47,825 bases of DNA from Candidatus Limnocylindrales bacterium (GCA_038252055.1 JBBSAS010000001.1:1-47825), one strand, 5' to 3'. Counted from the first letter of the stretch, positions 16,383 through 26,670 are shown. The notes: a model not told the origin generated them from the sequence alone. Numbers and translations are program-made.

Positions 16383-19300
16383 TCAGATGTAGATCTCGAC
16401 GAGGTTCTCGCCCCCGGTCAGCTCGTCCGTGAAGCGGTCCCTGGAGATCAGCATGCCGCCCCTTCGATAGGGGTTCTCCGAGTGCCGGCCGCCCGGCATC
16501 GGATGCCCGTTGACCCGAACCTCGTCCGGCGAGAATCCCTTCCCCGCCACGTGGTAGAGGTAGCGGACCCGCCTGGACTCGTACTCGAAATCGAACGTCA
16601 GCCCATCGAGGGCGGTCGGCAGCACCGGGTCCAGCAGCACGTCGTCGAAGTGCTCGCGCAGCCCGAGGACGTTCGAGATCAGTTGGTTCACGTAGATCCC
16701 GGGGCCGCTCGAGTAGATCCGCCAGCCGCCCTTCACGCCCACCGCGCCCGTCCGGATGCGGCCGAACTGCCGGCTCGCTTCGTAGCGGTCCGCGAACGCC
16801 GCGTCGGACGAGCTGAAGTAGCAGTTCGCCTGCCTGGGCAGGGCCGACGGCACGCTCCGTTCCAGGGCGACCGGACACACGACGAGAAGGCCCGCGACAG
16901 CCTCCTCGGGCCGGCCGACCCTCGCCATCGCCTCCACGTACCGGATGTGCGCGTGAACGTACTGCAGCCCGACCTCTCGCCCGAAGGACGCTGCCGTCTC
17001 GGCCCGCTTGAAGTAGCGCTCCGTTCCGCCCCGGTACTCCATCGGACGGTTCATCAGCCGCACGCCGTCGGGAAACGAGAGGTGACGCCCGATGACTGCC
17101 AGGTGCCGCCGAGCCTGGTCCGGCGTGAGGAGGCCACTGATCATGCCCCTGGTCATCGGGAGCAGCCGGTACGAGACGCCGGTCTTCCGATCGCGCGGGT
17201 GGAGGAAGTACTCGATGCCCTCGGCGGCGAAGTGCGCCAGCCCTGCGACGACGCCTTCCTTCACGAGATGGCGGTCGAAGTCGGCACGAATGCGCTCGCA
17301 CCAGCCGGCGAGACGCCCGGCGAGCGCGTCCTCCCCGGCGCGCTCGCAGACCTGCCGGAAACGGCTCAGGGTCTGGAACGCGAGCTCTACCGTCCACGAG
17401 CTCACCAGGCGCTGAGCCATCGCCGGATCCGCCGGCTGCAGGGTGTCCTCCCAGTCGCCGTGGCCGTAGGCGACCAGTGCCGTACCCGGGATGCAGCTCG
17501 CCTCGATTCGGGCGAGCTGCCGCTCCACGTGGGCGAGGAGGCTCTCGGTGTCCGCGGTCGCGGTCATCGTCCGCTCGTCCGTGTAGGCGACCTCCTCGGC
17601 CAGGACCGCAACGTCGCCCGTGGCCTCGACGTAGTCGCACAGCGCTTTCAGCGGCCAGTGGACGATGTCGCCATGGCTCTCGGGCGACTGGACCGCGCGG
17701 TACCGGTCGAACATGAACCACTGGGGCCAGTCGCCGGTCTGCCGGTACTGGTGCGCGTAGACGATCTTGAGGACCTCCCGGAGCTCCGCGTGGTGGCGGG
17801 TAGCGAGAAGGAGCTCGACGGGACCCTGGCAGGCGTCGCGGAGTCCCCACGCCGCCCCGCTGTACTGCTCCAGCCCGTGCGGCGCGAGGTAGTGGACCAT
17901 CGCGTTCTGCAGGTACCAGGGCAGGAGGTCGTTCAGCCGGGCCACGTCCTTGGCCCGCAGTCCGCTCACCCCGCCGAGCGCGGCACCTCGGGCGACGCCC
18001 GCCCAGAAGTCCGCCGCGTCGCGCTGCGCCATCGCCTGCGGGTACTCCTCGCGGCCGTACCGGTCGGCCAGCTGCCTCGCCCGCTGCGCGCTGACCACGC
18101 TGCCGGTGAGGGCCAGGGAGAACCTCGTCACCGGCTTCGTCCTGACGACGACCTGCGCCTGGCCCCGGCCGGCTCCGTCGGCGTAGAGCAGGCCGTCGCC
18201 GCCGATGGTGTCGATCTCGTCCGCATCGCGTGACACGAGGAAGAACGTCGCCTCCGGGTACTCCCGGGACATCGGCCCGCCGGCGGCGGGGGTCAGCTCC
18301 ACGCGCCGGCTGACCTCATCGATCGACACGCGCGCGGTGGACTCGTATTCGTTGGTGCCGAGGACGACGTCGTGGGTGATCAGCAGCGCGAGCGGGCCGC
18401 CCGCCTCCACGCCGACCTCGAGGAAGAACGCCGGATCGTCCAGGGCCGTCCAGGCGCGGACGACGATCGTGTGCTCGCCGTCCTGGTAGACCCAGCGCGC
18501 GCTGCTCGCGTCCATCTCGAAGGCCGAGGGGACGCCCAGGAGTTCGAGGCCTCGGTCGGTCCTGGCGAAGATCCGCTGACCGCTCGCCTTGAGGACGTTC
18601 AGCGGGTTGCGGCACACGCTGAGGATCTTGTTGAACGACGTGTTGCCGACCGCAAGCTGAGAGGCGAAGACGCCGAACATCCAGGCGGTGGTGGACAGGA
18701 TGTCGTCGTTCGGGAGCATGTCCCGCCCGGAACGAAGGATGTGGCCGGTGGGGCGCTCCACGAGGAGCTCCTTCGCCCGCAGGACGACGTGGGCCTGGCG
18801 CCCGTGGAAGAAGGACAGGAGCCGCCCGTCGCGCTCCTCGACGTGCCGCCACTCCGAGCCGAAATGGCGCTCCAGCTCGGCCCCGGAGAGGTCCCGGCTG
18901 GCGAACAGGGTGGGCGCGTCGAAGACGCCGGCGGCGCAGGGGATGGGCGCCGTTGCCGTGGCCTCCGGCGGGAGCCGCCGGAACGTCCGAGCCGCGGCTC
19001 GGGCTTCCCTGGCGTCCCCCGGACCCGACGCGCCGGCGTGGTCGGCCAGGTAGGCGCCGAAGAACGTGATCTCCGCGGCCTCGCCGGGGCGGACGCGAAT
19101 CCTCCGGCTCTGCAGCGTCGGCAACGCGAGCTCGTACTGGTACCGCCGGTTCGGGAGCATCCGGCGGGCAAGCGCCGCGGGCATGTTCGTCGCTTTGTAG
19201 TCGAGGCCGTAGAGCTGGAAGCCGTCGGTGAGGAACCCGACAGAGCCGCCGAGGCAGCCGTGCATCAGCCAGGGATGGGTGCCGCCCTGGGACAGGTTCT

Positions 19301-19826
19301 GGCGGGAGCAGACGAGGTACCCGAAGTGGGCGTCCTCGAGGATCGTGTGGTCGATGTACTGGCTCGTGTACAGCTCGCTGCTTCGAACGGCGGCCTCCTG
19401 GGCGAGGCCGAGATCCTGGGCGAGGACGGCATCGACGGACCGGGGCCTCGACGCGTTGTTGACGATCCGGATCGTCCAGAACCAGTCGGATCGTCTCGCG
19501 GCCAGGCGGAGCGTGCACGAGTAGCGCAGCCCGTCGTGGGTCCCCTCCCAGCACGCCGCGTCGGCAGTCGTCCGAAGGCGGCCACCTGCCGGTCCGAGCA
19601 ACGGCGCCCACGCGACCCGCCCGGCGCGGTGGGTTCGCAGGTAGATGTTGCCCAGCCCGCCCTCGACCGGGCTGCCGAGGACCTGGTTGACCAGGATCTC
19701 GCCGTGACGGATGGCGTGGACGGCGCCGTTGTCCAGCAGCTGGAACACGAGCCCGCGCTCGTTCTTCAGCTCCACTCCGACGGGGCCGTGGCCAGCCCGA
19801 ATGCGGCGCCTCGCGCGTGCAGTCAC
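16383..19826 (-). CDS. GH94-like glycan phosphorylase (cellobiose/1,2-beta-oligoglucan phosphorylase superfamily), 1147 aa
   Basis: Only this frame gives non-shadow protein sequence. Size and sequence style match about 1100-aa GH94/COG3459 enzymes. Catalytic residues not verified. Confidence 0.65.
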   Translation of the reverse strand: MTARARRRIRAGHGPVGVELKNERGLVFQLLDNGAVHAIRHGEILVNQVLGSPVEGGLGNIYLRTHRAGRVAWAPLLGPAGGRLRTTADAACWEGTHDGLRYSCTLRLAARRSDWFWTIRIVNNASRPRSVDAVLAQDLGLAQEAAVRSSELYTSQYIDHTILEDAHFGYLVCSRQNLSQGGTHPWLMHGCLGGSVGFLTDGFQLYGLDYKATNMPAALARRMLPNRRYQYELALPTLQSRRIRVRPGEAAEITFFGAYLADHAGASGPGDAREARAAARTFRRLPPEATATAPIPCAAGVFDAPTLFASRDLSGAELERHFGSEWRHVEERDGRLLSFFHGRQAHVVLRAKELLVERPTGHILRSGRDMLPNDDILSTTAWMFGVFASQLAVGNTSFNKILSVCRNPLNVLKASGQRIFARTDRGLELLGVPSAFEMDASSARWVYQDGEHTIVVRAWTALDDPAFFLEVGVEAGGPLALLITHDVVLGTNEYESTARVSIDEVSRRVELTPAAGGPMSREYPEATFFLVSRDADEIDTIGGDGLLYADGAGRGQAQVVVRTKPVTRFSLALTGSVVSAQRARQLADRYGREEYPQAMAQRDAADFWAGVARGAALGGVSGLRAKDVARLNDLLPWYLQNAMVHYLAPHGLEQYSGAAWGLRDACQGPVELLLATRHHAELREVLKIVYAHQYRQTGDWPQWFMFDRYRAVQSPESHGDIVHWPLKALCDYVEATGDVAVLAEEVAYTDERTMTATADTESLLAHVERQLARIEASCIPGTALVAYGHGDWEDTLQPADPAMAQRLVSSWTVELAFQTLSRFRQVCERAGEDALAGRLAGWCERIRADFDRHLVKEGVVAGLAHFAAEGIEYFLHPRDRKTGVSYRLLPMTRGMISGLLTPDQARRHLAVIGRHLSFPDGVRLMNRPMEYRGGTERYFKRAETAASFGREVGLQYVHAHIRYVEAMARVGRPEEAVAGLLVVCPVALERSVPSALPRQANCYFSSSDAAFADRYEASRQFGRIRTGAVGVKGGWRIYSSGPGIYVNQLISNVLGLREHFDDVLLDPVLPTALDGLTFDFEYESRRVRYLYHVAGKGFSPDEVRVNGHPMPGGRHSENPYRRGGMLISRDRFTDELTGGENLVEIYI

Positions 19827-21712
19827 GCGATCGGCACCAGCTCGATGAGCGAGATCGCGGGCATCGGCAGGTCGAACACGATCTCGAGACGGCCGTCCTC
19901 GACGGGCCCGGGAGCGGGTGGCTCCAGCAGCTCGAGCCGATCGGCAGCGTGGAGCTCGGCCCAGCCCGCCTCGTCCGGCCAGGCCGGGCAGCCGAGGTGC
20001 TCCCAGGCGCGGGCAATGTTCGAGTGATCGTGGTCCACACGATGATGGCGCAGCTCGTAGCGCACCCCGGCGCCCAGGCCCTGGACCATCAGGGACACTG
20101 ATCGGTCAAGCTGCGGATCTCCGTTGGCCTTCGACGGGTCGAGCGTCCCGTTCCAGACAGCGATCGCGACCCGCCCGTCGGGAGCGCGGGAGGCCCAGGC
20201 CTCGACGAGCGATCCGCCGCCGTCCCCGTCGACGGCGCAGTCGACCTCGTGGGCGCCGAGCCGCTCGAGCATCGCGATCGCCCAGAAGCGCGGCTTTCGA
20301 AGGTTGCCGATCGTGAGGAGGCCGAACCCGCCGTGGAACAGGGACGCTGCATCGCCGAGCTCGACGAACTGGTCCGACGCGACCCAGTACGACAGCGCCT
20401 CGATGCGACCCGCCGCCGAGCGCATGCCCCGCGCGACGAGCGGCGCGCCCCAGACGCTGTCGTTGATCGGCGCCGAGTGGGTCGGGCTCACGCCCCACTC
20501 CGTCCACCAGAGGGGCAGGTCCGGCCGCCCGAACCGTGCCGTGATCGGTCGCAGGTCGAGCGGTGGCAGCCCGTAGGCATGGCTCGAGACGAAGTCGATC
20601 GGCACGTCGCGGGACGTGCAGAAGTCGAGCAGATCGTCGACCCAGGCGGCCGCCGCGGTGGCCGGCCCGCCCACGCGGAACCGCTCGTCGACCCCCTTCA
20701 CCGCCCGGACGGTGACCTCGTACAGCCGCAGGTAGTCCGACTCGGCTGCCGTCCAGAAGGCCCGCAGGTTCGCTTCGTTCCAGACCTCGAATGCCCACTG
20801 GCCAACGGCGTCGTGGCCGTACCGCTCGGCAAGGTGGCGGACGAGATCGCGAACGAGGCTCGCCCACTGCTCGTGGTCGCGCGGGGGCGAGATGATGCCC
20901 CTGTAGTCGAACACGGTCTCGCCGGGATCGATCGCGAGGGCGGCCGGCATGAACGACAGCTCGACGATGGGACGGAGGCCGGCCGCGAGGACCCGATCCA
21001 CCACGAGATCGACCTTCGTGAAGTCGTGGACCACCTGGCCGTCCTCGAGGCGGCATACGCCGAGCGAGTCGAGGAAGATCCCGTGCGCCCGGACCGCCTC
21101 CACGCCGAGCTCGATCCGGGCGATGCGAAGCGCCTCGGCCAGCTCGCTGCCGACGTCGCGTCCGCCCGGTCCGGCGCCTCGAAGGAGGAGGGCGAGATGC
21201 TCCGAGCCGATCATCGGCCGCCACGGGCGCGCGAGCGGACCGCGGACCTCCGCCGCGTCCACCCGGACGGAGACCCGGCCGTTGTCGTTGCCCGGCTTCG
21301 CCTCGACCGGCGGCGAGAGGGCCAGCGACTCCGCCTCGATGTTCGCGAGGCTCGCCACGGCGTACCAGGCAGCGTCCGGGCCGGCAGCGGTCGTGTCGAG
21401 ATACGGTCCGTGGGGGACGGCCAGGACGTCTCCGCCGTGCTGGTCGACGGGCTCGAATGGCCCGTCCCTGGTCGAAGCGCGGTGAACGAGGTAGCCGGCC
21501 GCCCCCTCGACCGGCGACCACGTGATCGTGACGTGCCCACGTCCGCGTTCCGCGCGCACGTCGGCGGGGGCCGGAAGCCGCAGGTCGGCAGCAGCTGCGT
21601 CGCGCTCGTTCTGGGTGCCGACGGCGGCGAACCAGGCGATGCGCGCCGAGCCGCTGACCGGCTCGAGCTGTTCCTCGGCGGGCGGTTCAGTCACCCGCGC
21701 TCCGGCCTTCAC
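19823..21712 (-). CDS. GH39-like glycoside hydrolase with an N-terminal Fn3-like module
   Basis: FEVWNEANL (acid/base NE motif) and LWWTEWG (nucleophile Glu) in a TIM-barrel context. A 4-nt overlap with the downstream phosphorylase gene. Confidence 0.7.
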   Translation of the reverse strand: MKAGARVTEPPAEEQLEPVSGSARIAWFAAVGTQNERDAAAADLRLPAPADVRAERGRGHVTITWSPVEGAAGYLVHRASTRDGPFEPVDQHGGDVLAVPHGPYLDTTAAGPDAAWYAVASLANIEAESLALSPPVEAKPGNDNGRVSVRVDAAEVRGPLARPWRPMIGSEHLALLLRGAGPGGRDVGSELAEALRIARIELGVEAVRAHGIFLDSLGVCRLEDGQVVHDFTKVDLVVDRVLAAGLRPIVELSFMPAALAIDPGETVFDYRGIISPPRDHEQWASLVRDLVRHLAERYGHDAVGQWAFEVWNEANLRAFWTAAESDYLRLYEVTVRAVKGVDERFRVGGPATAAAAWVDDLLDFCTSRDVPIDFVSSHAYGLPPLDLRPITARFGRPDLPLWWTEWGVSPTHSAPINDSVWGAPLVARGMRSAAGRIEALSYWVASDQFVELGDAASLFHGGFGLLTIGNLRKPRFWAIAMLERLGAHEVDCAVDGDGGGSLVEAWASRAPDGRVAIAVWNGTLDPSKANGDPQLDRSVSLMVQGLGAGVRYELRHHRVDHDHSNIARAWEHLGCPAWPDEAGWAELHAADRLELLEPPAPGPVEDGRLEIVFDLPMPAISLIELVPIA

Positions 21713-21719
21713 GCCCGCC

Positions 21720-23258
21720 CTACGGCTTATCGACCCGCGCGGCGCGGTCCCGCGGTCCGGCGTTGAACTCCTCCATCGAGATGATGGGTTGGAGCGCCCG
21801 CTTGACCCCCTTCGTCGCGAACGCCCGCCGGAGCACGTCGTGGTCGAGCTCGTTCCCGATCGCGGCCATGACGATTCCCTGGTCCAGCGACAGGTAGGAA
21901 TCCGAGACGACGCCCGTCTGGACGTTCACCGAGTCCCGGAAGCCCCACTTGCCGTAGATCGCGAAGTCATTCTCGAGATTGGCCAGGTTCGCGAGGACCG
22001 CCTTGGGCGCCCAGCGGAGGGCGAGGAAGGACGCGTGAGGCGTCACGACGCCGTTCGTGTAGGCCGACGGGGCCGGGTCGGGCTTCGGGTCGCGGCAGCC
22101 CGAGAACCCGGGGTCCACGAACGTCAGGTCCTCGTTCGACGGATAGCCGTCCGGGTTCATGCCGAGGGCATCGACCCCGTACTCGTGGTAGCCGCCTTCC
22201 GGGATGTTGGCCGGGGAGAAGCCCCAGTAGCCGTAGCCGGCGTCCACGAGCCCGTGGTGGATCTGGGCCTCAACCGTCAGGGGATGGTTGATCGCCCAGC
22301 TCTGCGGCCCCCACTTCTCCTCGGGGACGAACAGCGCCGGCATGAGTGCCTCGAACATGCTGCCGCCCCATCCCGGGACGATGCGCATCCCGTCGTACGG
22401 GTAGGCGCCCTCGAAGACGGTCACGCCGAGGTAGGTCCGGTCGAAGCCGACGGGCCTGATCTCCTGCCAGTCCCAGTCACAGCTGCCGGGGAAGGCCGGG
22501 AAGGTCCGCCAGGCACCGAAGTACTCCCTGGCGGGGATCTCCCCGGTGGCGATGCCGATGTAGCTCGCGATCCGGCTCTCGCTCACGATCGTGTCGTAGC
22601 AGCAGGGTGACTCGCCGGTATCCGGCGCGACGTGGAAGGCGATCCGGTTAACCTCCGGCCGGTAGTAGAACCCGAAGTGCATGCTGTCGAAGAGCGCCCC
22701 GGCGCGTGCGGCGACCTCCGGCACGCTGTTCTCGACGACCTGCAGGGCAGCCGCGAGCCAGCCGTTGTCCACCGACGAGAGGATCGGGGTCATCGCGTCG
22801 CCGGTCGAGGGCCAGACCGTCAGCTTGGCCCCCGTCCGGTGGTCGTACCAGTTGTAGAACTGGCCGCCGGGGTAGTAGCGCTCCATCTTCTCGAGCGAGT
22901 GGAGGGTGAGGCGAAGCCGCGTGACCGCCTCTTTGTGGCCGATGATCCGGAGCCCCTCCGCGACGACGGTGCTCCACATGTAGGCGCCGATGTTCGTCGT
23001 GGACGTCTGGACGCTCGTCGTGCCGTCGGAGGCGAGACTGTCGGCGGGCAGCCCGCTCTTCGGATCTGTCATCGCGACGAGCGACGCCCACGTGTCCCTG
23101 GCGTAACGGCGCAGGGTCTGCCGCTGCTCGCTCGAGCGAGGCGATACCCCGGCGCCGGCCGGCTCTGCGGCCGTCGCGAACGGCGGCAGGAGGAGGGCCG
23201 CGACGACGAGCCCGGCGAGGAGGGTGAGGGGCCGCTGCGCGCGGCCGTGCCTGAGCAT
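21720..23258 (-). CDS. secreted DUF3131/glucoamylase-like glycoside hydrolase (putative beta-1,2-glucanase-type)
   Basis: Signal peptide MLRHGRAQRPLTLLAGLVVAALLLPPFATAAEP. Blocks GGSMFEALMPALF, GYWGFSPA, WGFRDSVN, LSLDQGIVMAAIGN are typical of that family (from memory). Confidence 0.65.
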   Translation of the reverse strand: MLRHGRAQRPLTLLAGLVVAALLLPPFATAAEPAGAGVSPRSSEQRQTLRRYARDTWASLVAMTDPKSGLPADSLASDGTTSVQTSTTNIGAYMWSTVVAEGLRIIGHKEAVTRLRLTLHSLEKMERYYPGGQFYNWYDHRTGAKLTVWPSTGDAMTPILSSVDNGWLAAALQVVENSVPEVAARAGALFDSMHFGFYYRPEVNRIAFHVAPDTGESPCCYDTIVSESRIASYIGIATGEIPAREYFGAWRTFPAFPGSCDWDWQEIRPVGFDRTYLGVTVFEGAYPYDGMRIVPGWGGSMFEALMPALFVPEEKWGPQSWAINHPLTVEAQIHHGLVDAGYGYWGFSPANIPEGGYHEYGVDALGMNPDGYPSNEDLTFVDPGFSGCRDPKPDPAPSAYTNGVVTPHASFLALRWAPKAVLANLANLENDFAIYGKWGFRDSVNVQTGVVSDSYLSLDQGIVMAAIGNELDHDVLRRAFATKGVKRALQPIISMEEFNAGPRDRAARVDKP

Positions 23259-23310
23259 GGCGAACCTCCATGTGGCGGAGCGCCCAGGCGCCCCTCGATC
23301 GGATGACGGA

Positions 23311-24186
23311 TCAGCCCTTGAGGCCGGTGGAGGCGATGCCCTCGGTGATGAAGCGCTGGAAGATGATGAAGACGATCAACACGGGCACCACGAGGATGAC
23401 CGAGCCTGCCATCAGCATCCCGTGGTCTGCCTGGTACTGGCCCGTCGCGAACGTCGCGAGGGCGACCGGCAGCGTGTACATGCCCGGCTCCTGGGCCATG
23501 ACCAGCGGGTAGATGAAGCTGTTCCAGTTGCCGAGGAACGTGAGAATCGCGAGCGTGGCCAGGACCGGCATGGCGATCGGCACGACGATCGCCCAGTAGA
23601 GGTGGAACTCGTTCGCTCCGTCGATGCGCGCCGCCTCGAGCAACTCGTCCGGCACGCCGAACATGAACTGGCGCATGAGGAAGACGCCGAACGCTCCGGC
23701 GAGGAACGGCAAGATCAGGCCCGGGTAGGTGTTCACGAACCCGAGGGAGCTCAACAGGATGAAGTTCGGGATGAGCGTGATCCCGGCCGGCACCATGAGC
23801 GTGGCCAGGACGAGGCCCATGACCGCCCGCTTGCCGCGCCACCGGAGCTTGGCGAGCGCGTAGCCGAGCATCGGGCAGAAGACGAGGTTCCCGACCGTCA
23901 CCGCCAGGGCGACGACCGACGAGTTGAAGAAGAAGCGCGGGAAGTCGAGCTGATCGAAGAGCCTCCCGTAGTTGTCCATCGTCGGGGTCGAGGGCAGGAA
24001 CGTCGGCGGGATGCGGAGGAAGTCGGCCTGGGGCTTGAGCGAGCCGAGGACCATCCACAGGAACGGCCCGACCATGAGCACGAGCCCACCGATGAGCAGG
24101 GCGTAGATCCACAGGTGCGACCGCGTCCGGCCGCCCGCCGCAGCGGGGCTGACCTGGGCCGGAGTGCCGGCAGGTACAGCAGTCAT
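23311..24186 (-). CDS. carbohydrate ABC transporter permease (MalG-like)
   Basis: Six-TM permease with an EAA-like loop (ELLEAARIDGANEF). Confidence 0.85.
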   Translation of the reverse strand: MTAVPAGTPAQVSPAAAGGRTRSHLWIYALLIGGLVLMVGPFLWMVLGSLKPQADFLRIPPTFLPSTPTMDNYGRLFDQLDFPRFFFNSSVVALAVTVGNLVFCPMLGYALAKLRWRGKRAVMGLVLATLMVPAGITLIPNFILLSSLGFVNTYPGLILPFLAGAFGVFLMRQFMFGVPDELLEAARIDGANEFHLYWAIVVPIAMPVLATLAILTFLGNWNSFIYPLVMAQEPGMYTLPVALATFATGQYQADHGMLMAGSVILVVPVLIVFIIFQRFITEGIASTGLKG

Positions 24187-24199
24187 CGAGCCACCTCCC

Positions 24200-25138
24200 T
24201 CACGTGTCCGAGCGGAGGAACTTGAACTGGAGGAAGGCGATGAAGGCGACGATGACGAAGAGGACGTAGGCGATCGCCGAGGCGTAGCCCTGGTGGAAGA
24301 AGGTGAAACCCTGCTGGTACATGTACATCGTGACCGAGAGTGTCGAGTCCAGCGGCCCGCCGCCGGTCATGACGAACGGCTCCTCGAACAACTGCAGGTA
24401 GCCGATCGTGGTGATCACCGTCATGAAGAGGATCGTGGGCCGGAGCATCGGGATGGTGATGTACCGGAAGGACTGCCGGGAGCTGGCCCCGTCGATCGCG
24501 GCCGCTTCGTACAGGGATGACGGGATGGCCTGCAGGCCGGCCAGGAAGACGATCATCGCGAACCCGAGGTTGCGCCAGACGGCCATGGCGATGATCGAGG
24601 GCATCGCGAAGACCGGGTCGGCCAGCCAGGCCGGTCCGGTGATGCCCAGGCCGCCGAGCAGCATGTTGATCAGCCCGACGTCCGGGTTCAGGAGGAATCG
24701 CCAGACGACCGCGATGGCGACGATGCTGGTGATGACCGGCAGGTAGTACCCGACCCGGAAGGCCGTGCGGAAGCGAGAGATCCCGCGGTTCAGCGCCGTC
24801 GCGATCACCAGGCCGATGGCGAGCGTCACCGGCACGCCGATGACGACGAAGTAGAAGGTGTTGAACAGCGACTTCCAGAACGTCTCGTCACTGAGCAGGG
24901 CGAGGTAGTTATCGACGCCGACGAAGGCCGCCCCGATCGGGTTGGCTAGGTCCCTCAGGCCGAAGCTCGTGAAGCTCAGGACGAACGAGGCGAGGATCGG
25001 GAAAGCAAGGAAGACGACGTACAGGATCATGAACGGGGCGGCGAACGCCCAGCCGGTGAGGTCGTCCCGCCAGCCCCGGCCGGGGGCGGCCGGGGCCGCC
25101 CCCGCGACATTGCGCCGGGCAAGCGCAGGAACAGTCAT
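24200..25138 (-). CDS. carbohydrate ABC transporter permease (MalF-like)
   Basis: Polytopic permease with an EAA loop (LYEAAAIDGASSRQSF). Confidence 0.85.
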   Translation of the reverse strand: MTVPALARRNVAGAAPAAPGRGWRDDLTGWAFAAPFMILYVVFLAFPILASFVLSFTSFGLRDLANPIGAAFVGVDNYLALLSDETFWKSLFNTFYFVVIGVPVTLAIGLVIATALNRGISRFRTAFRVGYYLPVITSIVAIAVVWRFLLNPDVGLINMLLGGLGITGPAWLADPVFAMPSIIAMAVWRNLGFAMIVFLAGLQAIPSSLYEAAAIDGASSRQSFRYITIPMLRPTILFMTVITTIGYLQLFEEPFVMTGGGPLDSTLSVTMYMYQQGFTFFHQGYASAIAYVLFVIVAFIAFLQFKFLRSDT

Positions 25139-25139
25139 G

Positions 25140-26474
25140 TCAGCTGCCCGCCCCGATCCTCTCGGCCTCCTGCTGCATCAAGTCCGCAGTGGCCTGCGGG
25201 TCCAGGCCGCCGGTCGTCATCTTCTCGAGCGCGCTGTTGAGCGCGGTGCCCAACTCGCTCCACGTCGAGATCGCCGGCTGTGCCTTGGTGTCCTTGAGCT
25301 GCTCGCCGAACAAGGCGACGTTCTTGTCGCCCGCGAGCGCCGGGTCGTCCCAGGCGGACTGGACGGCCGGGAGGTCGCCGACCTCGCCGTACCAGGCGAC
25401 CTGCGTCGCCGGATCGGATAGGTATTGGACGAACGCCCAGGCGGCGTCCTTGTTCTTGCTCTCCTTGAACACGACGAGGTTGCTGCCACCGACGAACGAG
25501 GTCGCGCTGACCTTCTTCGGCATCGGTGCGATCGCCCACTTGTCTTCGAAGCCGGCGCCGCCGGCCTCCTTGATGAGGGCCAGGTGCCACGGCCCCGAGA
25601 AGAACATCGGGTGCGTGCCGGCCACGAAGGCGGGCGTGATGTCGAAGCCTTCCTGAACCGACTTCGGGGACAGGCCCTCGGTGAAGAACGAGTTGTAGTA
25701 GGTCAGGGCCTCTACGGCCTGCGGGCTGTTCAGCTGGAACGCGCCCTGCGCGTCCATGACGTCCCCGCCGGCCGACCACAGGAACGGCAGGTACTCCTGC
25801 CAGTTCTTCGTGCCCAGCGAGAGGCCCCAGTCCGCGCCGCCCTTGGACTGCATCGCCTTGGCCATCGCCGTGAGGTCGTCCCACGTCGCGGGTGGCGTGG
25901 TGATGCCGGCCTTCTCGGCGACGTCGGTGCGGTAGTAGAGGACCCTGGTCTCCACGTACCAGGGCACGCCGGACACCGTCCCGTTGACGACGTTCGTGTT
26001 CCAGGCGCTCTCGAAGAAGGTAGCCGGCGCGAAGTTGGCGGGGACGGCTTCCAGAGTTCCGGTGGCCGCGAACTGGCCCATCATGTCGGTGCCCATCTGG
26101 CTGATGTCGGGCGTCTGATTGCCGGCGATCGCGGTCTGGAGCTTCGCGACGGCCTGGCCCCAGTCGACTGGCGTCACGTTAACGGTGACGTCCGGGTTGT
26201 CCTTCATGAAGGCGTCGGCAAGGCCCTTGAGCTTCACGCCCTCGTTGCCCATCGCCCACACCGTCAGCGTACCGCTGATCGAGCCCGCCGGGCTCACGGC
26301 CGGCGCCTGACTGGCGGCCGGCGCCTGGCCGGCCGATCCGCCGGGCGCGGCGCTGCCCGAGTTCGTACCGCAACTCGCGACCATGAGGGCGATGCCGGCG
26401 AGCATGGCGCCGATCCAGAGTGGACTTCCCCGCGCCCGGTTGCTCCCGCGGGAAGTCGGTAGAGATTGCGACAT
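25140..26474 (-). CDS. ABC transporter extracellular sugar-binding lipoprotein
   Basis: Lipobox-like LMVASCGT and a family-1 solute-binding pattern. First gene of the minus-strand operon. Confidence 0.85.
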   Translation of the reverse strand: MSQSLPTSRGSNRARGSPLWIGAMLAGIALMVASCGTNSGSAAPGGSAGQAPAASQAPAVSPAGSISGTLTVWAMGNEGVKLKGLADAFMKDNPDVTVNVTPVDWGQAVAKLQTAIAGNQTPDISQMGTDMMGQFAATGTLEAVPANFAPATFFESAWNTNVVNGTVSGVPWYVETRVLYYRTDVAEKAGITTPPATWDDLTAMAKAMQSKGGADWGLSLGTKNWQEYLPFLWSAGGDVMDAQGAFQLNSPQAVEALTYYNSFFTEGLSPKSVQEGFDITPAFVAGTHPMFFSGPWHLALIKEAGGAGFEDKWAIAPMPKKVSATSFVGGSNLVVFKESKNKDAAWAFVQYLSDPATQVAWYGEVGDLPAVQSAWDDPALAGDKNVALFGEQLKDTKAQPAISTWSELGTALNSALEKMTTGGLDPQATADLMQQEAERIGAGS

Positions 26475-26628
26475 CTCCGTTCTCCTCTGCAGCTGGCCGC
26501 AACTCGCCCATCTGGCGAACGCGACTGGGGAAAGGCTGTGACGGCCCTAGCTAGCTAGCCTCGGTCCGTGGACCTCCTCGTTCACTCCGCCTGCCACATC
26601 CGGATGCGCTTCGAGAGGGGCACGGGCG

Positions 26629-26670
26629 AGTCTCTCGCCTCGACACGACCACGTCATGACGGTCCGTCAT
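26629..26670 (-). promoter_or_regulatory. palindromic box module G (perfect box + N18 + GAGACT)
   Basis: Points at the sugar ABC/glycoside hydrolase operon (start 26474). Confidence 0.6.

Noticed and set aside
16275-20040. Very long alternative-frame ORFs over the glycan operon (e.g. 16275..18233 +, 16306..17850 -, 18316..20040 -, 18372..20027 +). Similar giants occur elsewhere (1082..2188 -, 6488..8023 -, 20106..21521 -, 29532..32006 -, 30362..32158 +, 36602..38065 +, 41459..42733 -, 46288..47721 -).
   Set aside because: Their translations are Arg/Pro/Gly/Ala-rich with no motifs. Each overlaps a frame that gives a clearly recognisable protein. This is the usual shadow-ORF effect of about 70% GC DNA.
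26547-26558. CTAGCTAGCTAG, a self-complementary 12-mer giving TAG in three frames on both strands, in the 5' leader of the sugar-binding protein gene. It resembles synthetic universal stop linkers.
   Set aside because: A single short occurrence with native-looking flanks and no other vector-like sequence. Most simply a chance or slippage product. Worth a glance in raw reads, but I cannot support a function.
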